64,000 nt of DNA from Octopus vulgaris (lineage: Eukaryota). Under the pieces are notes generated by a model. That model was not told where the DNA came from. It saw nothing but the letters and a program-made list of their open reading frames with translations, and ran no database searches. The position numbers were made by a program, and so were the translations under genes. Shown in pieces: positions 45,427-58,672 of this stretch. Location: the NCBI GenBank assembly GCA_951406725.2, contig OX597830.1, positions 21,266,001 to 21,330,000 of the forward strand, read 5' to 3'. Position 1 is the first letter of the stretch. The number at the start of each line of letters is the position of its first letter.

Positions 45427-45938
45427 TGCTTTAACACACGAACTCACATAAAGAATCTTGCAAACCGAAATTTATTTATGTCTTTAACCATTTGATTTCC
45501 GTAGGATTACAGCCATTTGGCAGCCTCTTCATGTAGTATTAATTTTAGTGTAGAATAAAATTATGTTTACATGTCTGTACTTATAAGAATGCTCAGCATT
45601 ATACAATACAATTGTATATTCGCAAATTAATGCAAATAAAGAAAGCCAGCTCATCAGATCACCTGATCACCAGATCACCAGATCACCAGATCACCAGAAC
45701 TTCTGGCTTTCTCAAACGATTCAATACGAAAGAGTTTTATGGTTCATAAATTCCTCATGAAGTAATATCATTGAACGAATCTTCTGGATTTTAGCTGCAT
45801 GAACACTCTAAATTACACGTCTCTGCATTCGACTGCTACGTGGTCTGATTGCCGAGTCTGCTGGAGTGGCTTTCTGTGGTAGACACACGATTTTCTGAAT
45901 CCATAACTTATACCACAAATACATACATACATACACGT

Positions 45939-45988
<50 letters not shown>

Positions 45989-45991
<3 letters not shown>

Positions 45992-46659
45992 CATGCCGAA
46001 ATCTACTTGGTGTAATTGATAATTATTCCAAATTAATTAATTTCACCCTTTATTGTTACTGATAACCATATTTTATCCCAGTAAATGACCACAGCATCTT
46101 GTCTTGGCTACACGCGGGTGGAAAGGGGCTGGTGACACAAACTTTCATTCACACTTTGAATTTCGTGGTACTGGTCATGCTTTGGCTCGCTCTGACACTG
46201 AGTGGAGATAATGCCTTCTAGTATCTCAAATTTTAATATACAATTATTCATAATTGTAGTATCCTGCGCCGATGAGAAAAGAAGTCTGGGTAAAGTAGAA
46301 TTTTCTAATTCTTATGCTTTCCTAAAACTTGATTTCGAAACGTACGTCCGTAGGTAACTTAAAATTGTATGATAGATTGCCGTCATTTCATTCTTTCTTT
46401 CTTACCTGTCTGTGTTTGCCTTTCAAGGGCTGTGTTTTTACTGAGATCCCCCTTTTAGTAGAAGGAATAGCTATATCTCTTTGACTGCTATTTCTAAATT
46501 CGGTGTGTTGGTGAGGCAATTCGTTGCTAAACCCTTAATTACTTAGTATTACTTAAATTTTCCTCGAATGGGGCTTTTACATGCCGAAATCTACTTGGTG
46601 TAATTGATAATTATTCCAAATTAATTAATTTCACCCTTTATTGTTACTGATAACCATAT
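45989..46659 (+). mobile_element. retrozyme-like element: 588-nt unit with 83-bp terminal direct repeats and an internal hammerhead
   Basis: 45989-46071 equals 46577-46659; (TA)n on both sides; motif at 46263-46354: cctgcg CCGATGA gaaa..tttc GAAA cgtacg TC cgtagg. Confidence 0.8.
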
Positions 46660-46894
46660 ATATATATATATATATATAAATTATACACACACACACACAT
46701 ATATATACATACATGTATATATATAATATACATATATATATTTTATTACTATGAACATTTTTACTCATTTAACTTTACTCCCTCCTCTTACTTAGCGGTC
46801 ATTCTAATAGCTCATTTGTCTTAATAACGGTCAATCACACAGTAATTTCTCTTTGTTTTAGCGGTCATTTTCATAGCATTTTCTTCAATGGCCC

Positions 46895-46955
46895 GATAAC
46901 TGAAGACATGCCGACGTGGGTTTCCGCCTCGACATCCGAAACTCGGAGTTTTATC
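46895..46955 (+). ncRNA. type I hammerhead ribozyme, core intact
   Basis: gataa CTGAAGA c atgccga..tcgacat cc GAAA ctc-g-gag TT ttatc; 5'-truncated homologs at 10993-11150 and 21540-21690. Confidence 0.8.
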
Positions 46956-46983
46956 ATGGCTACCGAATAATTGTCACATATTG

Positions 46984-47029
<46 letters not shown>

Positions 47030-47089
47030 CATATAGATATATAGATATATCTAGATATATAGATATATACATATAGATATATAGATATA

Positions 47090-47153
<64 letters not shown>

Positions 47154-47155
47154 GC

Positions 47156-47188
<33 letters not shown>

Positions 47189-47409
47189 GTGTGGGAGCGA
47201 TGAAGAATATTTGAATATGTGGGTGGCCATGAACATTGAAAATGCCATATTGACACAACCGAACAATTCCAAAATATAAAGAATGCCGTACAGTCCTTAA
47301 GTCTCTAGCGAATGTGCGCGCGCGCGTGTGTGTACGGAGGGGAGCGCGTGCGAGCGCGTGGTGGTCGTTTGCGCCTGTGTATGTATATGTATTGGCACAG
47401 AACAGTGTG

Positions 47410-47455
<46 letters not shown>

Positions 47456-47595
47456 GAACAAAACATCCAGTGTAGTGTAAAATAATCTAAACACCTTACT
47501 TAACTCACCACTCCATCGACTCACAAGGAAATACGCGTTATTAATGTCTTAGCTGACATTGAATACAGTCGAGAATAATAATAATAATAATAGTA

Positions 47596-47627
<32 letters not shown>

Positions 47628-47677
47628 GATGATATATAATAATAATAATGATGATGATAATAATAATAATAATAATG

Positions 47678-47726
<49 letters not shown>

Positions 47727-47740
47727 TGATGATGATGATG

Positions 47741-47785
<45 letters not shown>

Positions 47786-47847
47786 GTAATAATAACAACA
47801 ACAACAACAACAAATACTACTATAACAACAGTAAGAGCAGCAGCAAC

Positions 47848-47885
<38 letters not shown>

Positions 47886-47891
47886 CAGCAA

Positions 47892-47951
<60 letters not shown>

Positions 47952-48181
47952 CAAACATCAGTAATGTTGGTTTATGTTTTTTTTTTTTTTTAAGGGGCGA
48001 GCCGCTTACGCCCTCTGCCGTCAATGTCAAAACAAATGAATCTCTTATTTTGCAAATAAGCTGAACTTGTCAACGTGTGCGCGTTTGCGTGCGTGCGTGC
48101 GTGCATGTGGGCGTGCATGAGTGAGTGCGTGCGTGTGTGTTTGTGTGTGTTTATAGATGTATACGTGGTTTTTTCTACGTG

Positions 48182-48222
<41 letters not shown>

Positions 48223-48409
48223 ACATCGAAACAACCCCACATAGAAATATTTATATGTATATATATATATATACAGATAGATACATACATATATATGTTT
48301 ATGTGTGTGTGTCTGTGTGTAAATACACACATATGTACATACATACAGATATTATATATATCTAAAGTGTGTGTGTGCGCGCACGTATATTAATATACAT
48401 ATAAGCATA

Positions 48410-48710
48410 TCTATTTTATTAAAATCCGTTCTGTCTGTCTGTGTGTGTGTCTTCTAGGATCTCGGGCATCCTCCACCCGATTGCGCTCAAATTTGATATG
48501 TAGATACCGATGGTATCAAGGCGTGTATAAGCATTGAAAAATTTACAAAAATCGATTCCAGGTGAGAATGCGATCGATAAAGCCGTTTTTGTCCTGCTTT
48601 TCTTCTGTCAACCTGTACATAACTGCACCTTCCATTTTTTGTTGTTTTTGTACTGCTTAAAAGCATGTTTCTTTCCTGCCAAGTTTAATGTTTAAACCAT
48701 GTTTGTGTGT
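48410..48710 (+). mobile_element. Helitron-like 5' fragment
   Basis: Starts TC after A; strong similarity to 17132-17430. Confidence 0.65.
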
Positions 48711-48833
48711 GTGTTACTTTTTAATAAGAATTGTGTTGACAGTGACGTTGACGTTTCGGATAGCCAAGCCATTGCCAGACTATCATCAGCAAGAAAGCCA
48801 AGATTAACATATAAATACGAGGCAATACAGAAC

Positions 48834-48981
48834 GTGGCTGTGTGGTAAGTAGCTTGCCTACCAACCACGGGTTCAGTCTCACTGCGTGGCACCTTGGGCA
48901 AGTGTCTTCTACTATAGCTTCGGGCCGACCAAAGCCTTGTGAGTGGATTTGGTAGACGGAAACTGAAAGAAGCCCGTCGTA

Positions 48982-49012
<31 letters not shown>

Positions 49013-49215
49013 GCGTGTGTGTGTTTGTGTGTCTGTGTTTGTCCCCTAGTGTTTATGTCCCCGTTACTTAGCTGTTCGGCAAAAGAGACCGATAGAATAA
49101 GTACTAGGCTTATAAAAGAACAAGTCCTGGGGTCGAGTTGCTCGATTAAAGGCGGTGCTCCAGCATAGCCGCAGTCAAATGACTGAAACAAGTAAAACAG
49201 TAAAAGAGTAAAAGA

Positions 49216-49217
<2 letters not shown>
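48834..49217 (+). mobile_element. SINE family A
   Basis: Matches 41733-42202 with small deletions. Confidence 0.88.
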
Positions 49218-49272
<55 letters not shown>

Positions 49273-49412
49273 CATAAATTAGGTTATCACGAGATACTAC
49301 CATGCTGAAAATAGTAGCCATGATCTGACTCTAAAACCACCTTAGTTGTCCATATAGCAACACGGAGAGAAAACAAAGTAAAAAGATGAAACTAGTAAAA
49401 AATTACTGGATA

Positions 49413-49471
49413 ATTCTAGATTCCGGGTTTCTGACTTTGCATTTAGGAATGCTTTGCCTCGTCAATAGAAT
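49413..49471 (-). ncRNA. type I hammerhead motif (C3U, stem III mismatches)
   Basis: Minus strand: attcta TTGACGA ggc-aaa-gcatt-ccta-aatgc-aaa-gtc a GAAA cccggaa TC tagaat. Confidence 0.65.
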
Positions 49472-49492
49472 ACACACAGAAAAGAAACATAA

Positions 49493-49531
<39 letters not shown>

Positions 49532-50009
49532 CAACATACGAATACTTATATATACGAACGTATACATACATATATATGCACGTATGCATCATGGCCAGTT
49601 CAAAATGGCCGCCGTTTAATTCCATGTGTATGTTGTATTCGTATGTTGTATTTATATATATATATATATATGTATTTATGTTTCATGTTTTTATGACACT
49701 TGAACAGGCATATTTATAAAATGCGCTATGTATCTCGAAGCAATTTTCAGGCTCGGTTTATGCGTCATATATATCTTAAAATCAAGGACGTTGGACGCTG
49801 GACAGGGAACAAGAAGAACGTGAAAAAGAAATCGTGAAGAAGGTTGATGTAAAAAGTGGAACGAGAAAAAAGAAACGAAATAAAGAAAACTAAGATCCCC
49901 GTACTCACTGATTGCTGAAACCTCAATTAATACAGCTAGTGTAGAACAAAATAACAGAAAATATGTCAAAGTGAGTGAGACAGCAACACAATCAAGAGCG
50001 GGTGGTATC

Positions 50010-50425
50010 CTCCAATTCGATAACAGAAACCTGTCCATGTGTTTACACCTGCTAAAAATTTCAGATCTGGAATTAAGCAGTGTGTTGGAATTGTTGGATC
50101 TAAGAAGAATATGCGATCATTCTGCTACGCATAAATTGCATTTCTTAGAGCCATTAACGTATGGCTTGGAATTCTCCACAATTCTCAACTTAATTGTATG
50201 TGGTGTGGAGCTGGTCTTCATACTCCATGCGTGGCTAGCCAACATTTTTGCGTGGCTAGCCGACATATTCCATGCGTGGCTAGCCACATTTTTGCCCATG
50301 TGCTGGAAAGAAGATAAGTGGTTTACATGACGTTTTTTGAATTCACTTTCGCATAACCAGGTGTAAATCTCTTTAATTGGTTTATCTTGAAGCATTGCAG
50401 TTACTTCTGACCCGTATATGACGGA
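50010..50425 (-). pseudogene. Penelope-like (Neptune/Naiad-type) GIY-YIG endonuclease C-terminal fragment
   Basis: Single frame: YTWLCESEFKKRHVNHLSSF...LASHAW...PYVNGSKKCNLCVAE*...LLNSRSEIFSRCKHMDRFLL. Confidence 0.85.
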
Positions 50426-50617
50426 GTTTATCTTACAACCGGGAGTGGTCTCTTGATGATGGTCCCTTCAAATGGGGCAGTATAATATATATGATATACA
50501 TGTATGATATATATATATATACACACACATATATATATATAAATTCTTCCGATGACCTTAAACGATACTAAGCCCAACCACACACATAGATAAACAGCCA
50601 CAACCACACACACACAT

Positions 50618-50664
<47 letters not shown>

Positions 50665-50873
50665 CACACGTGCTATCATTGCACACACACACAGACTTGC
50701 GTGCACGCACATACCCACACATACACACATAACTCCTTCTCTTGCACTTTCCTGTCTTTGAAAGAACTTTTTCTTCACCCATTCCTTTCTGGTCATTCAA
50801 TATGTGACCGCGTGTGTATCGTTGGCGATTTTCTTTCTCCGTCTTCCCTTCCTTGGATCTTTCCTTTTCCTAT

Positions 50874-50908
50874 GTTTCTGACGAAGAGCTCCGCTCGAAA
50901 CGTTAAAT
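50874..50908 (+). ncRNA. minimal hammerhead ribozyme, core intact, loopless stem III
   Basis: gttt CTGACGA a gagc-tcc-gctc GAAA cg TT aaat. Confidence 0.75.
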
Positions 50909-51009
50909 CCCCCTTCTTTCTTTCCTTTCCTTTCCTGAACGTCCAATAACACTATACTTGTTCCACGTCCTCGCGTTGTTGTGTCTTCTCTTTGTGTTTT
51001 CATGTTTGG

Positions 51010-51171
<162 letters not shown>

Positions 51172-51511
51172 AAGGGATTGCGGCGTATATATTCCTGCAT
51201 AGACAGGACGTCGGTCTTTCGCAGGACTATTCCTTTTGCCAGCTGAGTGGACCGGAGCAACGTAAAATTAATTGTTTTGCTCAAGAACTCACTGCATGGT
51301 TAGGTCCAGGAATTGAAACCATAATCTTACCTTCACGAGTGCAACTCCCTAACCACTAAGCCATGTGCCTCTCTTTTTTCTTTCTTTCTCTCTCTCTCTC
51401 CCTCCACACACACACACTCACACACAGAGATAGGCACACACACATATACACACATATGCATACATACATACATACATACACACACACATCTCCCTCTCTC
51501 TCTCTCTTATA

Positions 51512-51911
51512 TACTCTTTACTCTTTTATTCTTTTACTTGCTTCAGTCATTTGACTGCGGCCATGCTGGAGCACCGCCTTTAGTCGAGCAAATCGACCCC
51601 GGGACTTATTCTTTGTAAGCCCAGTACTTATTCTATCGGTCTCTTTTGCCGAACCGCTAAGTTACGGGGACGTAAACACACTAGCATCGGTTGTCAAGCA
51701 ATGCTAGGGGGACAAACACAGACACACAAACATATACACACACATACATATATATATATACATACATACGACAGGCTTCTTTCAGTTTCCGTCTACAAAA
51801 TCCACTCACAAGGCATTGGTCGGCCCGAGGCTATAGCAGAAGACACTTGCCCAAGGTACCACGCAGTGGGATTGAACCCGGAACCATGTGGTTGGTTAGC
51901 AAGCTACTTAC
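51512..51911 (-). mobile_element. SINE family A
   Basis: Reverse complement of 56564-56987. Confidence 0.9.
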
Positions 51912-52359
51912 GCGGATGGTTGTGTTATTTAGTTGTTGTAATAGCGTTATGACTATGAATGGCGGTGCTCCAGCATCGCCACAGCCTCAGGGCTGAAACA
52001 TAAAAGAATAAAGGAATACTAGGGATCGTGGTATAGCGATAGTTGTAGTGGTGGGAGGAATGTAATGGATTCGGTAGTAGTTGTGATGTTAGTTGTAGTT
52101 CTAGAGTTAGTAGTTTGGGTGGTGGTGGTTGTGGTGGTGGTGGTGGTCATGGTAGTAGTAGTAGTGGTAGTGGTTGCAGTGGTGGTAGATGGTATAGCTT
52201 CTCTGTTTTTCAGTGGTCACGACCAGTTGTGACAACTGAGAAATGGTAAGTTTGCACCGTTTCGGCAACAACTGTTTGTTGTAATTGTTGTTGTTGTCGT
52301 TGTTGTTGTAATTGGTGTTGTTGTTGTAATTGTTGTTGTTGTACTTGTTGTTGTTGATT

Positions 52360-52509
52360 AAGATGATAACGATGATGATGACGACGATGGTGATGATGGT
52401 GATGATGATGATGATGATGATGATGATGACGATGACGATGATGAATGATGATGATGATGATGATGATGACGATGATGATGATGATGATGATGATGACGAT
52501 GATGACGAC

Positions 52510-52559
<50 letters not shown>

Positions 52560-52644
52560 CGATGATGATGACGATGATGATGATGATGATGATGATAACG
52601 ATGGTGATGACGACGATGGTGGTGATGATGGTGATGATGATGAC

Positions 52645-52682
<38 letters not shown>

Positions 52683-52767
52683 CGATGATGACGACGATGA
52701 TGATGATGATGATGATGATAACGATGGTGATGACGACGATGGTGGTGATGATGGTGATGATGATGAC

Positions 52768-52808
<41 letters not shown>

Positions 52809-52906
52809 CGACGACGACGATGATGACGACGATGATGACGACGATGATAGTGATGATAACGATGGTGATGACGACGATGGAGGTGATGATGGTGATGATG
52901 ATGATG
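52360..52906. repeat. (GAT/GAC)n array with higher-order repeats
   Basis: gataacgatggtgatgacgacgatgg recurs three times. Confidence 0.92.
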
Positions 52907-53046
52907 AGATCGGCAATGCTGTGACAGACAGAGTTGCCATGGCAATATGCTAAATCTTATCCACGGATGTTAAGTCGAATCTCACACTTTTATTTGCGCA
53001 TACTTTCGTAGTGTGACAGTCGTGTTAACAACAACAACAACAACAG

Positions 53047-53077
<31 letters not shown>

Positions 53078-54016
53078 AACATGTACTGTAAGGTGGCCTT
53101 GGACACTACTGCCTCTCTTCTTCTCTGTCTCCTTCTCCGAAGCTAGGTCACGTGATACTCACGTGCAAAGTAAAAGACAGCAGCGATTCTCGACATGTTT
53201 TTGAAAAAACTCAAGCTAAGTCATATGACGAAGAACGTGAATGAGGACACAAGTAAGGTAACAAAACAGCGTAACTGTTGCTAGGTCATATAATAATGTC
53301 ATAGCAACGTATGGAAGACCAGTTAGGTCACAATGTAAGTACAGTATTTGTATAATCGTTAGCTTTTCAGAGAAAAAAAAATACCAAATACCTTGAAGGT
53401 ATCTAGTTCCGGCTCTGAACGTTCTTGGTTCAAGTTCCACCTAAGTCAAACTTTTTATTTTCCTGCTTTCTTTTTCAGAGGTTGATGACGTAAATTACCA
53501 CTCAAAATTCTGGCTTCCATAGTTTTTTTTTGATATTGTAAAGCTGCGTAAGGCAACGAGCTGGCAGAATCGTTACCGCACCGGGCAAAATGCTAAGCGG
53601 TATTTTTGCCGGGCTTTACATTCTGGGTTCGAATTCTGCCGATGTCGACCTTGCCTTTTATCCTTTCGGGTTCGATAAAATAAGTACCAGTTGAATTCTG
53701 GGGTCGATGTAATCGACTTAACCACCTCCCCAAAATTGCTGGTCTTGTGCCAAAAATTCAAACCAATGCTGTAAAGTTGCGGGGCTCACTAGTTAGGATG
53801 TTGCGCACACGATCGTGGGATCTTGGTTTCGATTCTCGTACCGGGCAATGCATTGTGTTCTTGGGCAAAACACTTCATTTCTTGTTACTCCAGGAGCTCT
53901 GTGATGGACTGACATCCTATCCAGGGGGATGTTGAGATCTCAGGCATTTATACGCTGTGGGAACCGGGTAACAAGTCCTAGGAGCCATAAGCTTATTGTT
54001 TAATATTTCTGTATTA

Positions 54017-54405
54017 AAGGCTGACAGAAACGTTAGCACGCCGGGCGAAATGCTCAGCGGTATTTCGTCTGCCGATACGTTCAAGTTCAAATTCCGCCGA
54101 GGTCGACTTTGCCTTTCATCCTTTCGGGGTCGATTAAATAAGTACCAGTTACGCACTGGGGTCGATATAATCGACTTAATCCGTTTGTCTGTCCTTGTTT
54201 GTCCCCTCTATGTGTAGCCCCTTGTAGGTAGTAAAGAAATAGGTATTTTGTCTGTCTTTACGTTCTGAGTTCAATTTCCGCCGAGATCGACTTTGCCTTT
54301 CATCCTTTTGGCGTCGATAAATTAAGTACCAGTTACGTACTGAGGTCGATCTAATCGATTAGCTCGTCCCCCCCAATCTTCGAGCCTTGTGCCTAGAGTA
54401 GAAAA
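54017..54405 (+). mobile_element. dimeric SINE family B
   Basis: Full monomer followed by a headless monomer starting at gtattttgtc (about 54243). Confidence 0.85.
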
Positions 54406-54613
54406 GTATATTAATGGTGCAAGCATGGACGTGTAATTAAGACGTTCGTTTTGCAACAACATGTGTCCGGGTTCAGTCCCACTACACTGCACCTTGGGCA
54501 GGTATCTTCTACTATAGTCCTGGTCCGACCGATGCTTGTGAGGGAATTTGGTAGATGAATATAGTGTGGAGGTCCACCATACATGGTGTGAGTGTGTGTG
54601 TGTGTGTGTGTGT

Positions 54614-54670
<57 letters not shown>

Positions 54671-55121
54671 TATATGTTAATCTTTGTGTCAATGATTGTG
54701 GCTCCCACCCACCTCTTGACAACGAGTGTTTGTCATTTTTTATATTTTTTTTATTTTACGTGTTGGTAACCTAGAGGCGCGGCAAAGTAGACTAATAGAA
54801 TAAGAACAAAACTTGAAAAATAAATAAATAAATAAATAGATAAAGCAATCATAAATACTGTGTTTGAATTCTTCGATTGAACCCCGTCCAAGCGGGTCCC
54901 CTCCACTAAGGCTGCAGATGAATGATAGAAACAAGAGAAGACAAAATATAAACCAACCCGGATGTAAATGGAATTACTAATACAAGACAAAGACTTAGCT
55001 TGCCTTTTTTACATATCCGTTACGTACGGAAGACTGTTCATTTCAGTAATGTATGGAAGGTTGTATCAGACACAATTTCATAGCATTTTTGCCATGTGAT
55101 AGTAATGGAATAAGCAGAAAA

Positions 55122-55292
55122 CGCAGGCGTGGTTGTATGGTAGGTAAAAAGCTTGCTTCCCAACCACATGGTTCCGGGTTTAGTCCCACTGCGTAGCACC
55201 TTGGGCAAGCGTCTTCTACTTGTAGCCTTCGGATGGCCAAAGCCTTGTGAGTGGATTTGGTAGACGGAAACTGAAAGAAACCAGTCGCGTAT

Positions 55293-55342
<50 letters not shown>

Positions 55343-55626
55343 GTTGTCTCAATGGTCTTGTGGGTAAAGACATAGACACAGCAACACACAAACCTAAGGC
55401 GGCGAGCTGGCAGAGACGTTAGCACGCCGGGCGAGTTTTTCGTGGTATTTTGCCCGTCGCTACGTTCTGAGTTCAAATTCCGCCGAGGTCGACTTTGCCT
55501 TTCATCCTTTCGGGGTCGATAAATTAAGTACCAGTTACGCACTGGAGTCGATGTAATCGACTTAATCCGTTTGTCTGTCCTTGTTTGTCCCCTCTATGTT
55601 CAGCCCCTTGTGAGTAATAAAGAAAT
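55122..55626 (+). mobile_element. SINE A head followed by a SINE B monomer
   Basis: A at 55122-55290, B at 55396-55626. Confidence 0.85.
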
Positions 55627-56171
55627 ACATACACACACACACACACACACATATATATATTTCTTTATTAATTCGACAATATTTCTTAGTGTAGCAAAAT
55701 GAGTTAAGAAATTGCTTTAATCCTTCTAATTGGTTGTAATGAGTTAAGAAATTGCTTTAATCCTTCTAATTGGTTGTAACAATTATGTACAAGGGGAGTA
55801 ATTCATCTTTTGTCTTGCGGCAAACCTTCCTACGGCCAAAAACCCAGAGGCGAAATTTCCTGCGGCGAAAATGTTTGCGGCAAACTTACCGGATACGGAT
55901 TAGATCGACCTCAGTACTCAACGGACATTCATTTTATCGGCAGCGAAAGGATAAATAGCTGAGTCGAACTCAGTTTAACCCAGAACATAAAGAATCAGAA
56001 GAAATGCCGCTTAGCATTCCGACCGACTCGCTAACGATTCCGCCTTCAGAACATACATAACATTATGTCATGTGACCTAACATTATGTCATGTGATCAGT
56101 AAAACGATATGGCAGATGACACAAGAATAGAACATAGCAGGAAATTAAAGATTGAAGACAAAAATTGTTGT

Positions 56172-56467
56172 ATGTTCCTTCTCGAGCCATGCCTGGCACA
56201 TAGGACCGGTTTCCCGGTTTCCTTGGCATATAGGTTCCCCACCTGGACGGGACGCCGGTCAGTCGCAGGTGAGCAAGATGCAGGAGGAGAGAGTGAAAGA
56301 AAGTTGTGGCGAAAGAGTCAGCAGAAGTTCACTATTACTTTCTGCCGGAGCCGCGTGGAGCTTTGGCGTTTCGCTCATAAACACACACATCACCCGGTCT
56401 GAGATACGAACCCGCGATCCCTCGACCGCAAGTCTGCTGCCCTAACCACTAGGCCATGTGCCTCCCC
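56172..56467 (-). mobile_element. SINE family C inside a small hairpin element
   Basis: TSD-like gaagacaaaaa on both sides; host inverted repeat at 56118-56164/56504-56541. Confidence 0.85.
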
Positions 56468-56563
56468 GAACACAAAAACTACTCTTACATTACTCTAAGT
56501 AAGTTTTGTCTTCAATCTTTAACCTTCTGCTGTGTTGTGTCTGTTTGTCAAAATTAGTTAAAC

Positions 56564-56727
56564 AGGCGCAGGAGTGGCTGTGTGGTAAGTAGCTTGCTTA
56601 CCAACCACATGGTTCCGGGTTCAGTCCCACTGCGTGGCATCTTGGGCAAGTGTCTTCTGCTATAGCCCCGGGCCGACCAATGCATTGTAAGTGGATTTGG
56701 TAGACGGAAACTGAAAGAAGCCTGTCG

Positions 56728-56786
<59 letters not shown>

Positions 56787-56987
56787 TTGTCCCCCTAGCA
56801 TTGCTTGACAACCGATGCTGGTGTGTTTACGTCCCCGTCACTTAGGGGTTCGGCAAAAGAGACCGATAGAATAAGTACTGGGCTTACAAAGAATAAGTCC
56901 CGGGGTCGATTTGCTCGACTAAAGGCGGTGCCACAGCATGGCCGCAGTCAAATGACTGAAACAAGTAAAAAGAGAAAAAAAAAGAGA
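56564..56987 (+). mobile_element. SINE family A, full length, absent from the duplicated locus
   Basis: Empty site at about 63103 in the paralogous segment. Confidence 0.9.
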
Positions 56988-57364
56988 AACATTACTATAA
57001 GGTGAAGGCGCATGGCTCAGTGGTTTAGAGCGTTGGGTTCACAATCATGAAGTAGTGAGTTCGATTTCCGGGCTAGGCTGTGTGTTGTGTTCTTGAGCAA
57101 GACTGCTCAACTGGACGTTGCTCCGACTGGGGCATCGATGTAATCAACTTGCCCCTTCCTCCAAAATTCCAGTCCTTGTGCCAATAGTAGAAAGTACTTA
57201 ACTGGTATTTATTTCATCCACACCTAAAGGATGAAAAGGCAAAGTTGACCTCGGCAGAATTTGAACCCAGAACGTGAAGACAGACGAAATACTGCTAAGC
57301 ATTTTGCCCGACCTGCTAACGGTTCTGCCAGCTTTCCACCTTAATAATAATATTAAGCATCATC

Positions 57365-57765
57365 ATTTCTACTATAGGCACAAGGCCTGAAATTTGGTGG
57401 TGGAAGGTACTAGTGGATTACATCGACCCCAGTGTTCAACTGGTACTTATTTTATCGACCTCAAAAGGATAAAAGGCAAAGTGGACCTCGGCAGAATTTG
57501 TACTCAGAACGTAGCGACGGGCGAAATACGCATTTCTTTACTAACATCAAGGGGCTAAACACAGAGAGGACAAACAAGGACAGACAAACGGATTCAGTCG
57601 ATTATATCGACCCCAGTGCGTAACTGGTACTTATTTAATCGACCCCGAAAGGATGAAAGGCAAAGTCGACCTCGGAGGAATTTGAACTCAGAACGCAACG
57701 GCAGACGAAATACCGCTAAGCATTTTGCCCGGCGCGCTAACGATTCTGCCAGCTCGCTGCCTTAG
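57365..57765 (-). mobile_element. dimeric SINE family B
   Basis: Same monomer junction as 54017-54405. Confidence 0.85.
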
Positions 57766-57837
57766 AGATGTAAATTTATGGCGAAAGATTTTTGCTCGGC
57801 GAGTCAAAAGTTTGATTTCTTAATAATCCTGTTATTG

Positions 57838-58475
57838 GGGTGTCATTAAGTTGTGTCACAGTATTGATAAGTCACAGCAGGTTATCTTGCCTGACTAGAT
57901 TGCCGTGTCACACAATACTGCCGTGTCACACTAAGTTATATCACACTACGTCAGCATGTCACTGTGACATATCACACTATGTTGAAATGTCAGACCTCGG
58001 TAGATGTCACATCAGGTTGTCTAGTCACATTAAGTTTCATCATGTCACACTATGTTATCATGTCATATTTGGTTAGCATGTTACTGTAGGCTGACATGTT
58101 ACACTACGGTGACGTGTCACATTAAGGTACAAAGTAACGGTGGGTTGCCATGTCACACCATGTAATTGCGTTATGCGAGGTGAATTTGTCACATTTGTAG
58201 GTTGAGATGTCACGTTAAATTGAAATGTTACATGACCATGCGTTGACACATGTTAAATTGCCATGAGACAGTAAGTTTTGATATGTAACACTTGGTTGTC
58301 ATGTCACACTAGTTTGTCATGTCACACCACATAATCATGTCACACAAGTTAACATGTCACACTAGGCTGAAATGTCACACTACGGTGATATGTCAGATTG
58401 TTATGTGACGAAAAGTCGTCAAGTTACAGTAGATCCCATGTCACATTACACTATGATGTAACATTGGTTAATGTA
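57838..58475. repeat. degenerate minisatellite with a unit of about 18 bp and TGTCACAC core
   Basis: catgtcacactagtttgt / catgtcacaccacataat / catgtcacacaagttaa / catgtcacactaggctga. Confidence 0.85.
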
Positions 58476-58672
58476 ACTCTAGATATAGTGCCTGCGGTAA
58501 AAAAAAATAGATGGGATGGTCACTGATGGAAAGCCTTTTATCACAAATCTGTTCAGTCAGGGTTAGTATATCAGCATAACAACAACAGTAACAGCAACAA
58601 CAAAGCAGCAGCTAGAACAAGAATAAAAACAAGTTACAACGATGACTACAGCAACAACAACGGCAACAGCAA

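Noticed and set aside
45600-45660. Minus-strand CTGATGA...GAAT followed by a palindrome
   Set aside because: GAAU instead of GAAA, G at the cleavage position, and no stem I.
52330-52953. Poly-Asp or poly-Ser protein such as a biomineralisation protein
   Set aside because: It is a pure GAT/GAC array open in multiple frames, with no non-repetitive domain or convincing splice context.
57838-58475. CRISPR-like repeat-spacer array
   Set aside because: The core is about 9 bp and the linkers about 8 bp, far too short; there are no cas genes and the context is eukaryotic.
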